A stretch of 20,000 nucleotides of DNA from an uncultured virus (IMG/VR IMGVR_UViG_3300035187_001477) (taxonomy: Duplodnaviria; Heunggongvirae; Uroviricota; Caudoviricetes; Crassvirales): the IMG/VR virus record IMGVR_UViG_3300035187_001477; one strand, given 5' to 3'. A program made the translations under genes and the position numbers. This document shows, piece after piece, positions 16,589 through 20,000 of this stretch (positions are counted from its first letter, which is position 1; each line of letters opens with the position of its first letter). The notes beneath the pieces were generated by a model that saw nothing but the letters and a program-made list of their open reading frames with translations, ran no database searches and was not told where the DNA came from.

Positions 16589-17692
16589 TTAGATTTTTTT
16601 AATGCTGCGGATTTTGAGACTCCTGCCGGAATCCGGTGCGACCGCTTTCACCTGCACTCCCCCCTTATTTACAACTTCAGGTGCTCTACGCTCTGACATA
16701 TTTATATTTTTAGTCTTGCGCATTACATCATCTGTCGCATCAGCTTGTCCTTGTTCGTAAAAGAACTTGGCAAACCTATCGGGGTTCATTGCAATTGACA
16801 AAGCCCTATGGTATCCTGCTGCATCCTTAATCAAGCCCTGATCATCCAAAAACTTATTAATAAAGTTTGTTGGTGTTGATTGAACCTTTTTTAATTCTGA
16901 CGCAGAACCGGGAGAAAACAAAATCTTCTTGTCGTCAATGTTGAACTCAAAACCTTTGAACTCTTTACTAAAGACTTCGTCAGACTTTTGGTCAAACCAC
17001 TTACGCTTCCGGTTGTTTTCTTCATTCAGGGTTTTTGCCTGCTGTGTATATTGACGGTATGCCTCATACTCCTCATTCTCTTCGGGAGACAAACCATTTG
17101 CTCTTGACTCAAGAGGCAGTTTGTACTTCTCCTTCTGTTCGTTGAAGTAATTCTTGGCTTCCGCAATAGCCTTTTTACGTGCGATCTTTATCTTCTTAAT
17201 TTTAGACTCATCATCAATGTCTTCATCGTACGAGTAGTCCTCCATTAACACATCAATGTCTTCTTTGTCAAGACCCTTCTGTGTAGAAGCAAGATATTCA
17301 CGAAGAACTTGATCAGGCTCCATTTCATCGTAGTCCTTGTTGACTTTAATAAAGTCATCAAACCCACGGCCTGTCTCCTTCTTAAATTTCATATAAGCAG
17401 CTACGTCTTCAGGGAGAGGATCAGACTCTTGTCGTTCTGATACCAACTCATCAAAAGAGTTTATCTGCTTATTATAGCGTTTTCCAATATATGAAAGAAC
17501 TTGTTCTTCTGTTAGTTCAGGCTCATCTTCTTTGGTTTGTTCTGTAGAAGTTTCAAGGTTTGACGTGTCGATTTTTATATCGTTCGTCTGTTCACCGTTC
17601 ATTTCCTTCTCATGCTTTTCAAGAAGTTCTTTTTCAACTTCCTGTATGCTTTTACCTTCTGATGAGTCAAGAGCTCTTACTTTGATTTCCAT
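16589..17692 (-). CDS. Putative capsid scaffolding/assembly protein, 367 aa
   Basis: Highly acidic, charged, helical protein lying between the portal and major capsid genes. Confidence 0.6.
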   Translation of the reverse strand: MEIKVRALDSSEGKSIQEVEKELLEKHEKEMNGEQTNDIKIDTSNLETSTEQTKEDEPELTEEQVLSYIGKRYNKQINSFDELVSERQESDPLPEDVAAYMKFKKETGRGFDDFIKVNKDYDEMEPDQVLREYLASTQKGLDKEDIDVLMEDYSYDEDIDDESKIKKIKIARKKAIAEAKNYFNEQKEKYKLPLESRANGLSPEENEEYEAYRQYTQQAKTLNEENNRKRKWFDQKSDEVFSKEFKGFEFNIDDKKILFSPGSASELKKVQSTPTNFINKFLDDQGLIKDAAGYHRALSIAMNPDRFAKFFYEQGQADATDDVMRKTKNINMSERRAPEVVNKGGVQVKAVAPDSGRSLKIRSIKKI

Positions 17693-17713
17693 TTAATTAG
17701 ATTTAATTTGATA

Positions 17714-17721
17714 CAAATTTA
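17714..17721 (-). promoter_or_regulatory. Bacteroidota -7 promoter element (TAAATTTG) upstream of scaffold and capsid genes
   Basis: TAnnTTTG match in the portal-scaffold gap, 21 nt upstream of the ATG. Confidence 0.6.
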
Positions 17722-17740
17722 TACAAAAAAACTATATTTC

Positions 17741-20000
17741 CTATCGAGGTTCAAATTCTGCTAAATCAAACCCGTCAAGCGTGTCCTCGTTAGACTCGAA
17801 GTTCATAGGAGGAAGGTTGTTTTTTCTTTGGTTAATCAGCTTGGATTGCTCCGTATTTTGCTGACTAATCCTTCTTGCCTTCTCTTTCTCCTTCATATCC
17901 TCCCTGCTCATTATAGCGGTCTCCTTAAGACCACCTAACTGCATTTGGTATTGGAACTCCTCGTTCATGAGCATTCGCTTCATCTCAGCCTCAGCTCTTA
18001 GCTTCTCAATATCGAAAGCTACCTCGGCTTGCTTAAGCTGCATCTTGGCCTGAGACTCAAGCTGAATCTTTTGCATAGCCGTTTGTGCCGCCATCTGCTG
18101 AGATTGAAGTTGTTGCTGAGCCATCATGGCCTGCTTCTGCATCTCCATCTTCTCCTGTCGGTCTTGTTTCTTTACACGTTTAACCTTAAGTAACTGATTA
18201 GCAAGCTTTATATTCTTGATTTCCCTGATGTCGATGGCATCCTCAAGGTTGATGTCTCCCTTAGACAGGGCCATTTGAATGTTGGCCTCAAGCTGAGCTT
18301 TCTGCTCTTCATCCGGAGATACCTCGATAAATATACCAAAGTCATATATGTACAAATCCTTAATCTCATTGAGTAAGGATACATTGTACTTGCCTATCTT
18401 ATTAGCGAAATCATCTTTAAAGTCTGCGTATTCCAAAATATCTGCAACACGGTAGGTAAGGGCCTCAGCAAGCGACCTATAAATAAATAAGCCTCCTTCG
18501 AGAATGTGGCGTGTAGCCGTATTAGAGTTAAGTGCAGCGAGCTTTTGGACCCCTACCAATGCGTTTGGATCAGGCGTTGAGCCATCTCTTACTTCATTCA
18601 GACCGGTTACCGACCTGATCATATCAAGGTAGTGATTGTAGTTTGCTATCAGCATCTGTGTTTTAGAAGCCCCCGAATTAGAGGTAAGCTGCTGAATAGG
18701 TATTCTTGCATTGTTGAAATCTCCCTCTTGAGTATAACTACGTCCGATGACGCTACCCGTTTGGAAGTAAAGACGCAACGCATCTTCAGGATTGTATGCC
18801 TGACCTGTACCCAAGTCTACTTCATTGAGACCATCGGCATCAATGAATACACCATCAGGAACAGTACGAGCAATAACCTGCTGAAGCTTTAAGTGAGTAA
18901 GTTGAATTAAGTCAGCGAATGGAACCATTCTACGTACAAGAGATTCAATAACCCCTTTGTACATTCTTGGTGCAACCGCTATATAATTTGGTAACGCATG
19001 TTGAGATGTTGACTTTGGTCTTACCATGTTCTCTGACATCTTCCATTTAAGCAAGATGTTAGTACCCATAACCATCACACCTTCATACCATACGTCAATA
19101 GTCTTTTCTATTTTTTCAAACTTTCCTTCCTCCATCATTTCATAAGGAGGGTTGAACTGATCATCTTTCTCAATCATTCTTGTTCCACCACCATCAAGAA
19201 TTTTTTTCTTGTAAACAATTTTCTTGGTGCTCTTATAGTTGAAATAAAGAAGTGTTGCTGTATCACGATAGAACAAACTGTTCTCATAAAAACGTGCTAC
19301 GTTGTAGTAGTCATACCAACTCTGAGAGTACATAGATATTTCTTGCAACTGCTCACGTGTAAGTGTTGGATCAATCTTCAACAACTCTGTAATTGGAAGC
19401 GTTTTAATTTCTCCCCAATAAAAACAATCCTGAAAGAATGGATCTTCTGTATAGCTATATACAATATTTGCAGGATCTACATACGAAATTTGAACACCGG
19501 CTCCGGGAAGGAACTCGTGCTTTGCACAACCAATACCAAGTACAGTAATATCGTAGTCAATACGCTTACGTGTATCTTGATAATGATTCTCATCAAATAG
19601 TGTATTGATCGCTTCTTCTTCAGCAATCTCAATTGCAGGCTTATAATTAAGCTGCATATATAGTGATAATTCTTCGTCAGTTTCAGGAAGCTCATCAGGG
19701 TCCATCATAAATGGATTGGCACCCGTTTCTTGTTGAATAGTAGTAAGAACATCTTTCGCAGCCATCTGTCCCTCGATCATATCTTGGTACTTGCTGCGCT
19801 TTGATTGTGACATTGCATCTTGTGCGTATGCTTTCACTTTGAACAAGCGATCTGACATACCATTCACAACAATGTCTACAAACTTTGGTAAAATAGGTAC
19901 AGGCGTCCAATCTAAATTTAGATATGACAAATCTCCGTCTATTGCAAGTTCATTTTTATACTTCTGCACAGACTGTTCACCACGAGCATATAATCTCAGT
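17741..20000 (-). CDS. Portal protein, 5'-truncated by the window edge
   Basis: The frame stays open beyond the GTG given in the track (LRLYARGEQSVQKYKNELAIDGDLSYLNLDWTPVPILPKFVDIVVNG). It has a Gln/Met-rich coiled-coil C-terminus typical of podovirus portal barrels and lies upstream of scaffold and capsid genes. Confidence 0.85.
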   Translation of the reverse strand, partial: LRLYARGEQSVQKYKNELAIDGDLSYLNLDWTPVPILPKFVDIVVNGMSDRLFKVKAYAQDAMSQSKRSKYQDMIEGQMAAKDVLTTIQQETGANPFMMDPDELPETDEELSLYMQLNYKPAIEIAEEEAINTLFDENHYQDTRKRIDYDITVLGIGCAKHEFLPGAGVQISYVDPANIVYSYTEDPFFQDCFYWGEIKTLPITELLKIDPTLTREQLQEISMYSQSWYDYYNVARFYENSLFYRDTATLLYFNYKSTKKIVYKKKILDGGGTRMIEKDDQFNPPYEMMEEGKFEKIEKTIDVWYEGVMVMGTNILLKWKMSENMVRPKSTSQHALPNYIAVAPRMYKGVIESLVRRMVPFADLIQLTHLKLQQVIARTVPDGVFIDADGLNEVDLGTGQAYNPEDALRLYFQTGSVIGRSYTQEGDFNNARIPIQQLTSNSGASKTQMLIANYNHYLDMIRSVTGLNEVRDGSTPDPNALVGVQKLAALNSNTATRHILEGGLFIYRSLAEALTYRVADILEYADFKDDFANKIGKYNVSLLNEIKDLYIYDFGIFIEVSPDEEQKAQLEANIQMALSKGDINLEDAIDIREIKNIKLANQLLKVKRVKKQDRQEKMEMQKQAMMAQQQLQSQQMAAQTAMQKIQLESQAKMQLKQAEVAFDIEKLRAEAEMKRMLMNEEFQYQMQLGGLKETAIMSREDMKEKEKARRISQQNTEQSKLINQRKNNLPPMNFESNEDTLDGFDLAEFEPR

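Noticed and set aside
17900..18170. Gln/Met/Ala-rich quasi-repeats in the portal C-terminus as a DNA repeat array
   Set aside because: This is low-complexity coiled-coil coding sequence with no fixed-period nucleotide repeat.
4..19600. Plus-strand ORFs in the track (for example 991-1353, 2074-2427, 12227-12616, 15419-15817)
   Set aside because: They are antisense shadows of long minus-strand genes, with Ser/Leu/Phe-rich composition and no recognisable motifs.
19967..19969. GTG start of the portal as given in the ORF track
   Set aside because: The frame is open to the window edge with portal-like sequence (LRLYARGEQS), so the true start lies outside the window.
1..20000. Stop-codon reassignment (TAG or TGA recoding, as in some crAss-like phages)
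   Set aside because: Genes tile the strand uninterrupted in the standard code, and TAG ends both the portal and the 248 aa gene directly before regulatory gaps.

Overview
All major genes lie on the minus strand and form the virion-morphogenesis operon of a podovirus-type dsDNA phage resembling crAss-like and Flavobacteriia phages. A Bacteroidota host is inferred from three TAnnTTTG promoter motifs and AT-rich starts without Shine-Dalgarno sites. Gene order in the direction of transcription: portal (5'-truncated), putative scaffold, major capsid, conserved 248 aa protein, two ring/adaptor proteins, 1490 aa tail stabilization/muzzle protein, two Cys-rich paralogous proteins, a separate 268 aa muzzle C-terminal-like protein, a GNAT-like protein, and three putative ejection proteins. 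The last of these is a >934 aa ORF missing from the ORF track that runs off the window. The most interesting signals: (1) a 53 aa basic 'MPFKS...' gene nested in the +1 frame of the giant gene; (2) an A9 slippery site in the same gene whose -1 frame gives a short product ending in YGITFGRWFIGITYEAS; (3) an apparently split muzzle gene interrupted by a cassette of Cys-motif (LCYS-x7-CC-x-C) modules; (4) a domain shared by two adjacent ejection proteins. Product calls come from recalled motifs and synteny, not from database searches.
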